Positions 50,396-60,814 are shown, numbered from the stretch's first letter. The stretch: 64,000 nucleotides of DNA from an uncultured Verrucomicrobiae bacterium (GCA_963801815.1 CAWDGJ010000003.1:672001-736000), one strand, 5' to 3'. Numbers and translations: made by a program. The notes: generated by a model from the letters alone, not told the origin.

Positions 50396-51112
50396 ATGAA
50401 ACTTCCAACGATCGAGGAATTGAAACGGGTTCAATCGCCGGCGGTCACGCCCCAGGCGTTGGCGTGGGACGGGCAACAATTTTGGCTGAGCTCAACAGAT
50501 CTCGGCACGCTTTATAGAGTCGATAGCGAGAACTGCAAGGTGGCGAGCGAAGTCGATCCGCCGGGGGTGGTTTGGGCGGCCGTGGCCACAAATGGAGCGG
50601 TGCATGTCACAATCGGCAAAGGAACAAATGACGATCGCTTCGTTTATCGTTACGACTCAAAAGACGGATTCACGAAACTCTTTGCCTGTCCGGATTTCGC
50701 CGGATCGTATCTGAGTTACGACGGGGAGAATCTTTACCTGAGTCAATGGTATGAACAGCGGATCCTAAAGTTAGATAAGAAGGGTAACATCATTCACAAG
50801 ATTGATGTTGGCGGGGAAATTTGCGGGCATGTATTTGCGAACGGCGCGCTCTTTGTCCTGCGCGGCACCGAGAATGTCCCGAGGCCGCAATACGCAGGAG
50901 GACCACCGACACCAGAGCGATTCAAGACAGGAGCGAAGGAGGGGGAAGAACAATGGTGGATTTCGCGACTCGATCTCCGGGAAAAAACTCCGGAGGTTAA
51001 AGACCTGGCAAAGATTACTTTTGCAGCGCGGTCGCTGACCTTCGATGGAAAAGATTTCTGGTCGAATCATCGCGTGGCGAATGAGATAGTTTCATTCTCG
51101 CTTCCGAACTGA
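50396..51112 (+). CDS. Hypothetical protein, beta-propeller-like
   Basis: Repeated LAWDG/LSYDG/LTFDG blades. Confidence 0.75.
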   Translation: MKLPTIEELKRVQSPAVTPQALAWDGQQFWLSSTDLGTLYRVDSENCKVASEVDPPGVVWAAVATNGAVHVTIGKGTNDDRFVYRYDSKDGFTKLFACPDFAGSYLSYDGENLYLSQWYEQRILKLDKKGNIIHKIDVGGEICGHVFANGALFVLRGTENVPRPQYAGGPPTPERFKTGAKEGEEQWWISRLDLREKTPEVKDLAKITFAARSLTFDGKDFWSNHRVANEIVSFSLPN

Positions 51113-51127
51113 TCCAGCGCTGCGCAA

Positions 51128-51634
51128 TTGAGACCAGTCTGCGTGCGCGTGAACGACAAGATGCAGGAGGGCTACGTCTATTGGCGGACGAAACCAATGG
51201 GACGGCAATTTCGACCAGGCTTCACCCCGGAGTTGACGCCCAAGCAAATGCTCAAGCTCGGTGTATTCGGGGGCAAGTATATGACCGATTGTCACCGCGA
51301 ATTTCCGGCCAGCTGGTTCAAGAAGGCGAAGCTTTCAAAAGATCGACACCGCCCATCGCTGAATTATTTCGGTGTGAACGCCTCGCAGTCGCTCTCGGAA
51401 TGGCGAAGGAAGGGTTGGATTTATCGCGAAGATCCGCGGGGCTGGTTCCAATGGTATTGCCGCTATTATTCCGGCCGTCGCTGTGAGGATGATCTCCGGC
51501 AAATCAAACGCTGGCGGGCGGTGCGTCGTCACCTCGCGCAGTTGAAGAAACATTGCGCGCGCCGCGACTTAAATTGTCGTCGTCGACAGCGACAGGCATT
51601 ACTTCACTGGGCCTACGATTCTAGAAAGATCTAG
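51128..51634 (+). CDS. Conserved hypothetical protein
   Basis: TPKQML.LGVFGG.Y, DPRGWFQWYCRYY.GRR, RQALLHW; start uncertain. Confidence 0.75.
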   Translation: MRPVCVRVNDKMQEGYVYWRTKPMGRQFRPGFTPELTPKQMLKLGVFGGKYMTDCHREFPASWFKKAKLSKDRHRPSLNYFGVNASQSLSEWRRKGWIYREDPRGWFQWYCRYYSGRRCEDDLRQIKRWRAVRRHLAQLKKHCARRDLNCRRRQRQALLHWAYDSRKI

Positions 51635-51636
51635 CG

Positions 51637-52011
51637 TCAGGGGCGCAAAATGCCGGAAAAGCGCTCGCGATATTGCCAAAACAGAAATGCCCACAGCACA
51701 GTGGCGATGATTCCTGGTCCGATACCGGACGAATCCATCAGAATATGAAACGCCAAGATGTTGAAGATAATTGCGGCGAGAATGGTTAACGCCAGCGGGA
51801 CGAAACGGCCGATCAGCAAAAGCACTCCGCTCAGCAGTTGCATTGCCCCGACAGCGTACATCAGGCCGCTGGCGGCGAATACCTTGCTATAATCGCCGGC
51901 CAGACCGGGTGGCGGCGGTGGCATGGGTAGAAAATGAAAAAAGAAATTGGCGCCGAAGAACGTGAACGCCAGTCCGAGAATTACGCGAACAATGATGGTG
52001 AGAATTTTCAT
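51637..52011 (-). CDS. DoxX-like membrane protein
   Basis: RVILGL.F, G.LLL.GRFVPLAL, NI..FH. Confidence 0.85.
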   Translation of the reverse strand: MKILTIIVRVILGLAFTFFGANFFFHFLPMPPPPPGLAGDYSKVFAASGLMYAVGAMQLLSGVLLLIGRFVPLALTILAAIIFNILAFHILMDSSGIGPGIIATVLWAFLFWQYRERFSGILRP

Positions 52012-52117
52012 GGTCGGTCCGACATCGTCTCAGTCGAATGCGAAGACAACAAGCTTTTAGGACCTGGCGTCGCGATCTGCTGGCATTTGTTGGGCAACTG
52101 CGATTTAATTCGAACAG

Positions 52118-52576
52118 GTGAAGCAGAAATTACAGGCGACACTCGTAACGATCTCGATCTTGTTCGTAGGCGCCGGGATGATTGCAGCGGAAACAAACCA
52201 GCCCGGGCCGTTCGAGCGATTCTTGCGTTCCTTGCGACGCACGTTTAACCAGCCGCAACAGACTTCGCATCCGCATTCACACGCGAACAAACAAGGATCG
52301 AAAAGTGCGACGGCTACCCAGAGTCCAACTCCGACTTCAACGTCACTGGAGAATTCGGGTGCGACCGCGCCGCCTAACGAACGCAATACCCGCATCGCAA
52401 CAAAAGCGAGCTCGAAGAAAGGTGACGACTTTCGATACGGAATACCTGTTCCTGGAAAAAAAGGGTTTGTGACCAGTCCATACGCACCGGACAGCGGTTA
52501 CATCGACGTTCGCGGTTTTCAGCCGGGCACACCGGTGAAAGATCCTTACAGCGGCAAGATCATTCTAACGCCTTAA
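52118..52576 (+). CDS. Secreted hypothetical protein
   Basis: Signal peptide, Ser/Thr-rich linker, GIPVPGKKGFVTSPY...DPY. Confidence 0.75.
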   Translation: MKQKLQATLVTISILFVGAGMIAAETNQPGPFERFLRSLRRTFNQPQQTSHPHSHANKQGSKSATATQSPTPTSTSLENSGATAPPNERNTRIATKASSKKGDDFRYGIPVPGKKGFVTSPYAPDSGYIDVRGFQPGTPVKDPYSGKIILTP

Positions 52577-52606
52577 AAGAACGAGTGAGGAAGCGAAGAG
52601 TAAATC

Positions 52607-54406
52607 CTAGCTCGAAGCCGGAACGGCTGCTGTCGCGCGCGTATTACTGCCTGCGAGCGCGAGGATGACATCCGTTTTCGAAACGCTCCCGATCAACATA
52701 TGACCGTTGACTTCCGAAATAACTGGCAAGCGTTCGCCGTCGTGATGGCTGAAACGCTCCAGTGCTTCAGTGAGCGATGCGTCAGGGCGTAGCGCTGGAA
52801 AAGATTCGCGCAAAATATCTCTCGCGATAACCACGGTCGCGAGCTCGGGTGTGTTCAGGAAATTTTTTATATCGTGAAGCGAGATCACGCCCAGAAAGCG
52901 GTCGTGATCGGTGACGTAAAGATAATTAAACCGGGTGGCGATGAACTTCTCACCGATCTCTGCGAACCCGGCTGTCGGCGCGACAGTCAGCGGTTTTGGT
53001 TTCATCAAGTCGCGCACATGAAGTTCAGCCAGTTGACGCCGGTAATCGCCCGCGCCTTTGCGGCTGAGCGCCTCGGCGTAAATCGAACGCCTCTCGATGC
53101 TGACGGACGTGTAGTAACCGACGACGCAGGCAAGCATCAACGGCAGGATGATTTGATAGTCGAGAGTCATTTCGAAAATCATGACGATGGCCATGATCGG
53201 CGCATGCGTGGCCGCGGCGAGAAATGCGCCCATGCCGACGAGCGCGAACGCGCTCGGATTGACCGGCAAACGCCCCAACACATGCTGAGCGGCCGTGCCG
53301 AAAAGAAAACCGAGACTCGCGCCGATAAAAAGGGTGGGCGTGAACACGCCGCCGACCGCGCCGGACCCGAACGTCGCTGTGGTCGCAAGGATTTTAAAAA
53401 CGAAAATGACGGCGAGCGTCTGCCAGATCCACTGGCCATGCAAGATTCCGCTCACCGTGCTGTAACCGTTGCCGCAAACTTCCGGCTGCCAGATCGCGAG
53501 CGCTCCGACGATTAATCCTCCAACGAACATCTTGAGGTAAATGGGCGCCGCGATGCGCCCGGCCCATTCTTCCGTCATGCGCAACAACCGAATGAACCAG
53601 GGAGCGACCAGACCGGCGGTCAGTCCGAGTAACAAGTAGGGGACGATTTCCCAATTACGGTTCAGTTGGAACGGCGGAATCTGGTAGAGCGGGCCGCTTC
53701 CGAGAAATCCCTGCACGGTGAGGGTTGCAACGACTGACGAAAAAATAAGCGGCCCGAGCATTTCCATCGCCATGGAGCCGAGAACAATTTCGGCCACGAA
53801 AATTGCACCCGCGATCGGCGCGTTATAAGCCGAGGCGATTCCCGCCGCCGCGCCGCAACCGACGAGCAATCGCAGTCGCGGCGTTGACCACTTTTGAAGG
53901 CGGCCGAGCCCGGACGCAATGACTGATGAAAGCTGAACCAGCGGACCTTCGCGCCCGATCGATCCGCCCGACGCAATCGTGAACAGCGCGGACAGAGTTT
54001 TAACCAAAGTGCGTCGTATCGAGATTCGGCCGTCCCCAAGGACTACCGCTTCCATGTAGTCCGTCGTCGGAATGCGACTGCGCCAGCGGGCACCGAATTG
54101 AAGGACCGCGCCGGCGATGAGCCCGCCTAACGCGGGAATTGCTACGCGCATCCAGGGCGGCAATTCAACAAAGGATTCAACCAGACCCGGTGTCGAGCTG
54201 CCGGTGAGAATCTTGTGGACCGCGCTTGTTCCTGCCCGGAAGGCAATCGACGAAAGTCCGCCGCAGAATCCGATCACGCCCGCCCAGAACAAAGTGACTT
54301 GAAGATCGGTAGGTCGGGTGCGGTCTTGAAACCAAACCCAGAATTTTAGCCGGCGAAACGCGCGTTGATTAGGCGCGGCCTGCGGTATCGTCGCCCTGAC
54401 GTTCAT
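52607..54406 (-). CDS. ClC chloride channel/antiporter with CBS domains
   Basis: GGSIGREGP, YNAP, GGVFTP, two CBS domains. Confidence 0.92.
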   Translation of the reverse strand: MNVRATIPQAAPNQRAFRRLKFWVWFQDRTRPTDLQVTLFWAGVIGFCGGLSSIAFRAGTSAVHKILTGSSTPGLVESFVELPPWMRVAIPALGGLIAGAVLQFGARWRSRIPTTDYMEAVVLGDGRISIRRTLVKTLSALFTIASGGSIGREGPLVQLSSVIASGLGRLQKWSTPRLRLLVGCGAAAGIASAYNAPIAGAIFVAEIVLGSMAMEMLGPLIFSSVVATLTVQGFLGSGPLYQIPPFQLNRNWEIVPYLLLGLTAGLVAPWFIRLLRMTEEWAGRIAAPIYLKMFVGGLIVGALAIWQPEVCGNGYSTVSGILHGQWIWQTLAVIFVFKILATTATFGSGAVGGVFTPTLFIGASLGFLFGTAAQHVLGRLPVNPSAFALVGMGAFLAAATHAPIMAIVMIFEMTLDYQIILPLMLACVVGYYTSVSIERRSIYAEALSRKGAGDYRRQLAELHVRDLMKPKPLTVAPTAGFAEIGEKFIATRFNYLYVTDHDRFLGVISLHDIKNFLNTPELATVVIARDILRESFPALRPDASLTEALERFSHHDGERLPVISEVNGHMLIGSVSKTDVILALAGSNTRATAAVPASS

Positions 54407-54506
54407 CCTATCACCTGCGTGCACAGAGTCGTCCGTCAAGTCTCCGGCGTGAATTCGTTACCGCGATTGGCAATTTTCCGGGGTCGGTTAAGCTTGGCGA
54501 TCGTTC

Positions 54507-55034
54507 ATGCCAAAATATCTCGTAGTCAGCACCAGTGGTAATCCCGACAGCAACAGCCGGCGGATGGGCCAGGTTGCATTTGCACATTTGCAGAAGCGAA
54601 AGATGAACTGCGACTGGCTCGACATTAAGGACCTCGATCTACCGTTATGCGATGCCGATAAGTGTTACGGCATCGCGGGCGCGAAGCAGTTGAAAGAAGC
54701 AATCGAATCGGCGGATGGCATTTTGATTGCCGCACCCGTATATAATTATGATGTGGCTGCGGCGGCCAAGAACATGATCGAGCTCACCGGAAGCTCGTGG
54801 GAGGAAAAGGTGGTGGGTTTTCTTTGTGCCGCCGGAGGCAACAGCAGCTATATGGCGGTGATGGCCTATGCCAACAGTTTGATGCTCGATTTTCGAACTG
54901 TGATTCTTCCGCGCTTTGTTTACGCTACCAGCGACGCGTTCGAAGGTGACAAAGTTGCAGATAACAAAGTTGTCGCTCGAATCGAACAAGTCGCCGACGA
55001 ATTGATTCGCTTTACCGAAGCGCTGCGCGGTTAA
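54507..55034 (+). CDS. NADPH-dependent FMN reductase
   Basis: S.NPDSNS, PVYNYD..AAAKN. Confidence 0.88.
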   Translation: MPKYLVVSTSGNPDSNSRRMGQVAFAHLQKRKMNCDWLDIKDLDLPLCDADKCYGIAGAKQLKEAIESADGILIAAPVYNYDVAAAAKNMIELTGSSWEEKVVGFLCAAGGNSSYMAVMAYANSLMLDFRTVILPRFVYATSDAFEGDKVADNKVVARIEQVADELIRFTEALRG

Positions 55035-55053
55035 ATGCGCGCACTTCGCGGGT

Positions 55054-55172
55054 AACACCTGGCTTTAGCCAGGGGGTTGACGCGGCAAAGCTGATCTAAA
55101 GCGGTTTAAAACCACTTTCGGCATGTGGTTTTGGCAACAGGCACCGGCCTGAAGGCCGGTGTTAGCGAGAGG
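55054..55172. repeat. REP-like palindrome pair
   Basis: aacacctggctttagccaggg and gcaccggcctgaaggccggtgttagcgaga, with a central hairpin. Confidence 0.65.
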
Positions 55173-55245
55173 CTTAGGCGCGATTGAAGGCGATCTTTAC
55201 GTGTCGCGCTTGTAGAATCTGTCGCGCCGATGTTAGAACGGCGAT

Positions 55246-55959
55246 ATGCGATTCGTTTCCCTCATTATCATCGTCCTTTTTATCAGCAGGACAGCGTCGG
55301 CACGTCCCATCGAAATAGAAATTGGTCGCGGCCGGAACGCGAATGTCGTCAAGCTGGTTGAACAGGCGCAAGACCAGATGCTTAAAGGTGATCTTGCCGT
55401 CGCGCGTAAGAGTGTAGATGCCGCAATCCAGACGGATCCGAACTACTGGCCGGCGTTATTCATTCGAGCGGAAGTGCTGATGGACCAGCACAACTACGAA
55501 GCTGCGGTCCAGGATTGCGAACGAATACTGAGACAAGATTCCACCGTCGTTGAAGCAGCGCTGCTTCGAGCACGAGCAAATTTCTTTCTTGGCCGTTACG
55601 GGATCAGCCTGAAAGAAGTCGAGCATTGCATTAGCATTCAACCGCGACAGGACGCCCTGGCCAGAGCTTACCAGACCCGGGCTCTCGTGCGTTTGTATTG
55701 CCCGGACCCATCGATTCGAAACGTGCGAAAAGCTATCTCCGATGCGACGACTGCCTGCAGACTTATGGCCTGGTCGGATGGCGACCTGATCGATGTTCTT
55801 GCCGCAGCTGAAGCCGCCACCGGCGAATTCGATTCTGCGATTCATCACGAGCAGCAAGCGATGAACGCCACAGAAGTTCGCGAAGACGAAAAACGGGAAT
55901 ATCAAAAACACCTGGCGTTGTTTCAGCAGCACAAGGCTGTTGCTGGCACGGCGCGCTGA
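55246..55959 (+). CDS. Secreted TPR repeat protein
   Basis: Signal peptide; TPR-like helices; A..AC.L motif. Confidence 0.8.
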   Translation: MRFVSLIIIVLFISRTASARPIEIEIGRGRNANVVKLVEQAQDQMLKGDLAVARKSVDAAIQTDPNYWPALFIRAEVLMDQHNYEAAVQDCERILRQDSTVVEAALLRARANFFLGRYGISLKEVEHCISIQPRQDALARAYQTRALVRLYCPDPSIRNVRKAISDATTACRLMAWSDGDLIDVLAAAEAATGEFDSAIHHEQQAMNATEVREDEKREYQKHLALFQQHKAVAGTAR

Positions 55960-55982
55960 AGGAAGCTGAACAAATTTGCTTC

Positions 55983-56280
55983 TTTCGTCCTTGCGGACTT
56001 GCATTTGGTGTGGCCACTCAACCCAGCGTTAAAACGCTGGGCTATTAGCTATTATAAACATACGTTCGTTGGCCGGCCGCAACAGGTGGCATTTCGTTCG
56101 TCGCGCAGAGCGATTCCAAAATTCAAAAACGGTGACAATAGCCCAGCGCTTCAGCGCTGGGGTTATGATTCACGCCAGTTAGGAGTCCCGCCATGGGACG
56201 ATAGAATGGTTCTTTCCTCCTTGCGGACTTCGTCATGGTGAGATCTCCGAATCCCAGCTTTAAAATGCTGGGCAACTATT
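55983..56280. repeat. BIME-like array of three alternating palindromic units
   Basis: cccagcN6gctggg-type hairpins at 56022, 56142 and 56253, each paired with a tcgtcc..ggact hairpin. Confidence 0.75.
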
Positions 56281-56307
56281 GACTCTGTTCGCTGTCCAGA
56301 ACGATAA

Positions 56308-56643
56308 CTACTTTCGTCCGAAGACGAGGCGCAGTTCGTCCTTGGCGTGTTCAAGAGTGCGCTTCCGATTTTTTGGAAGATTTTTGCCGGCGCGATTGAT
56401 GTAAAAGTTCAACATCGACATCGCGGATTGATAAGGCTTCGCCTTGCGCCGCTTGCTTCGTTCGGCTGAACGTTTCAGTGATAGTGCGATCCTCCTCGGA
56501 CTCCGTGACCGAAAAACCTTCGGTTCAAGATCGAGCGCATTGCTCTCCTTCGTCACCCGCGCAGACCAGCGTTTGGTTTTGCTGACGTATTTTTTTCTTC
56601 GACTCACGGACTGGTTCGCGCCCGGCAGCAGCTTCGCGCGCAT
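56308..56643 (-). CDS. DUF3175 family protein
   Basis: WSARVT..SNALDL, SAMSMLNFYINRAG. Confidence 0.88.
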   Translation of the reverse strand: MRAKLLPGANQSVSRRKKYVSKTKRWSARVTKESNALDLEPKVFRSRSPRRIALSLKRSAERSKRRKAKPYQSAMSMLNFYINRAGKNLPKNRKRTLEHAKDELRLVFGRK

Positions 56644-56664
56644 TTTCAGTCGTTGCGGCCGAAA

Positions 56665-57249
56665 TCACTTAGCAGCCCCGGCGAGGCCAAGCCGGTCGGC
56701 GTCGGCTTTGAGGGCTGCGATCACGTTGGTAATGACTTCGTCGAGTGGCAGTCCAAGTTTTTCGGCGCCGTGGATGATCTCCTCGCGATTGACAGCGCGG
56801 GCGAACGCTTTGTCTTTCATCTTCTTTTTCACCGCTGCCAGGTCGACATCATGAATGCTCTTGGTTGGCCTAACGAGAGCGACGGCGACGACGAAGCCAC
56901 TCAGCTCGTCGACGCCACGCAACGTCTTCTCGAGATTCGATTCCGGAACGACGCCGGAATAATCCGCGTGGGAGAGGATCGCGCGGCAAACCTCCTCACT
57001 CCAGCCGTGGTCACGCAGCCATTGGACGCCGGCAAACGGATGACCTTCGGTCGAACTGCGCTCAAGATTCGGATGTCTTTCGTAATCCATGTCGTGAAGC
57101 AGGCCGACCGCCTCCCAAAGATCGACATCTTCACTACGCTGTTGGGCGAAGTATTTCATCGAATCGGCGACTGCATAACAGTGTTTACGCAAGCTCTCGG
57201 ATTTCACCCAGTCATGGAGAATATTGAGCGCGTCTGAGGAAAGTGACAT
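56665..57249 (-). CDS. HD/HDIG domain hydrolase
   Basis: LRKH, LLHDMDYE, DELSG, KDKAFA..VNR. Confidence 0.9.
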   Translation of the reverse strand: MSLSSDALNILHDWVKSESLRKHCYAVADSMKYFAQQRSEDVDLWEAVGLLHDMDYERHPNLERSSTEGHPFAGVQWLRDHGWSEEVCRAILSHADYSGVVPESNLEKTLRGVDELSGFVVAVALVRPTKSIHDVDLAAVKKKMKDKAFARAVNREEIIHGAEKLGLPLDEVITNVIAALKADADRLGLAGAAK

Positions 57250-57376
57250 GAAAGAAACTAGAAGTTAGAAGTCGTCAATTTCAAAGAAAGAAACCGAATC
57301 CTCCGCCGAACAACCATCCGCGTGTTGCGCGTGTGGTCTCAATTGGCATGGAGAAAGATAATCGCGAGTACACGTT

Positions 57377-57487
57377 TGTCATTCCGAGCGCAAGCGAGGG
57401 ATCTCACAATCGAAGCGAGTATCACGCTAGTTAATTTGGGTGACCAACCAGCTTATGGGAGATCCCTCACGTTGGTTCGGGATGACA
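57377..57487. repeat. Long inverted-repeat element with TGTCAT...ATGACA termini
   Basis: tgtcattccgagcgcaagcgagggatctc ... gagatccctcacgttggttcgggatgaca. Confidence 0.8.
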
Positions 57488-57576
57488 GAAAGATCTGCCG
57501 CCTCGCGGATTCTTAGCGTGTAGTCCTACAGATCGAAGGAATTATTAAATAGCGCCGGTTTGGTTCGCGTTTTGGG

Positions 57577-58434
57577 TTATTGGAATTTTCCGGCGTAATC
57601 GCGCGCGAATTGTTCAAACGAAGTAGCCGCTCTGCCAGTTATCTCATTCACATCGGACGTTACAGCTGACCAGAGGCCTTGTTTGTTGATCGCGTGCAGC
57701 TCCATTAATTCATCCACCTGCCATTGCGGTAAGCCGGCCTGCAACATTCCATCACGCGCGGCCGCTTCGGGAACATCCACGTATGTAATCTTACGACCAA
57801 TCGCTTCTGAAAGAATCCGTGCGACGTCAGCAACTCCAAGCGCGGCGGGACCGGTGAGCGTGTAGATTTTTCCGTCGTGACCGTTGCTGGTAAGAGCCTC
57901 CGCAGCGACTGCCGCGATGTCGCGGGTATCGATGAAACTCGCCTTGCCGTCTCCCCAAGGCAAATAAATGACGCCGTTTCTCGGCGGAAAATAATTGACG
58001 AAGTTCTGCATGAACGAGTTCGGGCGCAAAATAACGTATGCGATTCCCGATCCGCGAACGTGTCGATCGCTCGCGGCGTGCTTGGTGTCGACCGCATACG
58101 CTGGCCCGGTGTCGACGCCGATCGCCGACAGTTTGACGATCTGTTTCACGCCGGCGTTTTTCGCAGCGTCGATTAATCGACTCACAACCTCGGTCTGATT
58201 TGGGGTCAGCGGCGGAAGGACAAACAATCTGGCAGTGTCTTTAAGCGCGCCGGAAAACGTGTTGATCCTTTCAAAATCAAATTCGACGAGCTCCACCGCC
58301 GGATCGAATCGCTTCGCCGCCTTCGTCTTGTCGCGAACGGCCGCCCGGACTTTTGCTCCCTTCCGCACGAGCGCTTTCACCACCTCGCTGCCAATCGTTC
58401 CCGTGGCGCCGGTGACAAGAATCAAATCGCTCAC
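57577..58434 (-). CDS. NmrA-like / atypical SDR oxidoreductase
   Basis: ILVTGATGTIG, LRP..FMQN, IDTRDIA, LTGP. Confidence 0.92.
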   Translation of the reverse strand: MSDLILVTGATGTIGSEVVKALVRKGAKVRAAVRDKTKAAKRFDPAVELVEFDFERINTFSGALKDTARLFVLPPLTPNQTEVVSRLIDAAKNAGVKQIVKLSAIGVDTGPAYAVDTKHAASDRHVRGSGIAYVILRPNSFMQNFVNYFPPRNGVIYLPWGDGKASFIDTRDIAAVAAEALTSNGHDGKIYTLTGPAALGVADVARILSEAIGRKITYVDVPEAAARDGMLQAGLPQWQVDELMELHAINKQGLWSAVTSDVNEITGRAATSFEQFARDYAGKFQ

Positions 58435-58516
58435 ACGTTTCTGCTACACGAATTCCTCACTGAAGCAACCGCGCGACGGTTGCTTTTCGACAACGCGCTC
58501 GTTAATTTGGTCGACA

Positions 58517-59407
58517 ATGTCCTGCGCGAAGATCGATCCGGCGCTGCACCAGCCGCACAAACCGTCGTGGATCAAAGTGCGGTTACCCTCGAATCCGGTT
58601 TTCTTCTCAACCAAGGCGCTCATCTCCGATCTGCGGCTGCACACTGTTTGTGAAAGCGCGCAATGCCCAAACCGCTGGGAATGTTGGAGCCAGGGCACGG
58701 CGACGTTTATGATCGCAGGCGATCGTTGCACGCGCGCGTGCGGATTCTGCGCGGTGACAACGGCAAAGCCGTTTGCGTTGGAGGACGATGAGCCGCAACG
58801 CGTCGCTGAAGCGGTGCAGCGAATGAAATTGAAACACGTCGTGATCACTGCGGTCGCGCGTGATGATTTGCAAGACGGCGGCGCGAATCATTTCGCGCGC
58901 GTAATCCGCGCAATTCAAGAAGCGGACCCATCGATCATCATTGAGGTGCTGGTCCCGGATTTTCATGCGGACGAGTCCTGTATCCGGACCGTGCTCGATG
59001 CGGGGCCGGAGATTTACAATCACAACATGGAGACGGTTGAGCGCCTTACCCCGCTGGTGCGTTCGCGGGCGAAGTACCGGACTTCGTTGAGGGTTTTGCT
59101 GCGCGCCAGGGAATTCTCACCGAAAACGGTGACCAAAAGCGGGATCATGCTTGGCTTGGGCGAAACCGAGCCGGAAATTTTTCAAACGATGGACGATTTG
59201 CGCGAAGTCGGCTGCCAGGTTTTGACGATGGGGCAATATCTCCGCCCGACGCCGAATCATTTGCCGGTGGTAGAATTCATCACGCCTCAACAGTTCGATC
59301 TCTACGGCGAGATCGCGCGCAAAAAAGGATTCGAACACGTCGCATCGGGTCCGCTCGTGCGCAGCTCGTATCATGCGGCCGACTTTCATCCGGTTGTGAG
59401 GCGATGA
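58517..59407 (+). CDS. lipA: Lipoyl synthase
   Basis: CESAQCPNRWEC, CTRACGFC, RSSY. Confidence 0.97.
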   Translation: MSCAKIDPALHQPHKPSWIKVRLPSNPVFFSTKALISDLRLHTVCESAQCPNRWECWSQGTATFMIAGDRCTRACGFCAVTTAKPFALEDDEPQRVAEAVQRMKLKHVVITAVARDDLQDGGANHFARVIRAIQEADPSIIIEVLVPDFHADESCIRTVLDAGPEIYNHNMETVERLTPLVRSRAKYRTSLRVLLRAREFSPKTVTKSGIMLGLGETEPEIFQTMDDLREVGCQVLTMGQYLRPTPNHLPVVEFITPQQFDLYGEIARKKGFEHVASGPLVRSSYHAADFHPVVRR

Positions 59408-59576
59408 CTCAAACGCGCATGTGCCTGCGTAAAATGCGAAAATTCGAAGCTCGAAGTCCGAAATCCGAAACAAACCAATAAAGTTCGGAAGATAACGTCG
59501 CTTTGTTTGCCGAGATTTTGATAATTCTTGCTTGCTTTGTGCTTCGATAATCCAACTTCGAAATTCGAAAGCCGGC

Positions 59577-60263
59577 ATGACGAATCAAGAGCTCAGAATG
59601 AAAATCGCGGCGGTCATTCCCGCCTACAACGAAGAGAAACACATCGGCGAAGTCGCGCGCCGGACGCGACAGATTCTGGCCGACGTTCTGGTGGTCGACG
59701 ACGGATCCGCCGATAAGACGGCCGAACGTGCGCGCGAAGCCGGAGCGCAAGTGATTGTTCACGAACAAAACAAGGGTAAAGGCGAGACGATCAAAACCGG
59801 TCTCCGACATTGGGTGGATCGACAATTCGACCTGGTGATCATTCTTGATGCCGACGGCCAGCATCGGCCTGAAGAGATCGATCGCTTCATTGCGGCGGCG
59901 CTTTCGGCGGACCAGCCAAAGCTGGTTCTCGGCAATCGAATGAAGGACGTGTCGTCGATGCCGCTAATCCGACGATTTGTGAATCGGTGGATGAGTCAAC
60001 AAATCAGCGCCGTGTGCGGCCAGAAGATTCCCGACACCCAATGCGGTTACCGTTTGTTACATCGACAATTGATTCCTGAATTGCTCGGCGGCGCGGCGCG
60101 CTTCGATTACGAAACCGAGATGCTGATCATTGCCAGTCACAAAGGATTTCGAATCGCGTCGGTCCCGATCAGCACCGTTTACTCAGACGAAGTCAGCAGC
60201 ATCCACCCAGTGCGCGACACCATTCGCTTTTTCAAACTGATGCGACGCTACAGAAGTCTGTAG
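59577..60263 (+). CDS. Glycosyltransferase family 2 (DPM1-like)
   Basis: IPAYNEE, VDDGS, DADGQH, DTQCGY. Confidence 0.92.
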   Translation: MTNQELRMKIAAVIPAYNEEKHIGEVARRTRQILADVLVVDDGSADKTAERAREAGAQVIVHEQNKGKGETIKTGLRHWVDRQFDLVIILDADGQHRPEEIDRFIAAALSADQPKLVLGNRMKDVSSMPLIRRFVNRWMSQQISAVCGQKIPDTQCGYRLLHRQLIPELLGGAARFDYETEMLIIASHKGFRIASVPISTVYSDEVSSIHPVRDTIRFFKLMRRYRSL

Positions 60264-60310
60264 GGGAAGCAGTTTGCTTCCCGAAGAAAACGAGACGCTA
60301 ACAGCGTCTC

Positions 60311-60814
60311 CTACAGTTCGACGAACTCAGATGGTAACCAAGCCTCGATTTGCGCGTGATGCGACTTCCAGGCAGTCCACGCGCTTTCGGCCCACGCTCG
60401 GACCAGCGCGGTATGTTCTTCCGCGGTTGTCGTTCGATGCACATCAGCAACCGTGATCCCGCCGCCGTTCGCCGGCGGAGTTAGCCAAACGAACTTCGAC
60501 TTCACGCGCACGGCCGCCAGCATCGCCTGATTCGCGCGATCGTTGTGGAGCCCGTGTTTGAGACACAAACAGAGGCGGATGAGATGAACTGCAACTGACT
60601 GAATGCTTTGCGGCGAGGGACGTCCCGGATGTTGCACCGCATAAGCGTCAACACCGAGGCGGTACGCGACCGCATATGCGGGATCGCTGTACTCACGGGT
60701 CGCCACTTCTCCGTAGGCCGCCCAACAACCAGGCGATGATTCCATGTAACGATGCGTCGGACCTTCGATGTCCCTAAACAGCCCGCCACATCCGATGCAT
60801 TTCACAAGGGCCAT
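60311..60814 (-). CDS. DUF5946-like protein
   Basis: C.GC, SSPGCW, VDAYAVQHP, HLI.L. Confidence 0.75.
   Translation of the reverse strand: MALVKCIGCGGLFRDIEGPTHRYMESSPGCWAAYGEVATREYSDPAYAVAYRLGVDAYAVQHPGRPSPQSIQSVAVHLIRLCLCLKHGLHNDRANQAMLAAVRVKSKFVWLTPPANGGGITVADVHRTTTAEEHTALVRAWAESAWTAWKSHHAQIEAWLPSEFVEL

Noticed and set aside
55983..56280. Possible CRISPR array
   Set aside because: Units alternate in orientation, are degenerate and irregularly spaced, and no cas genes are present; the pattern is REP/BIME-like.
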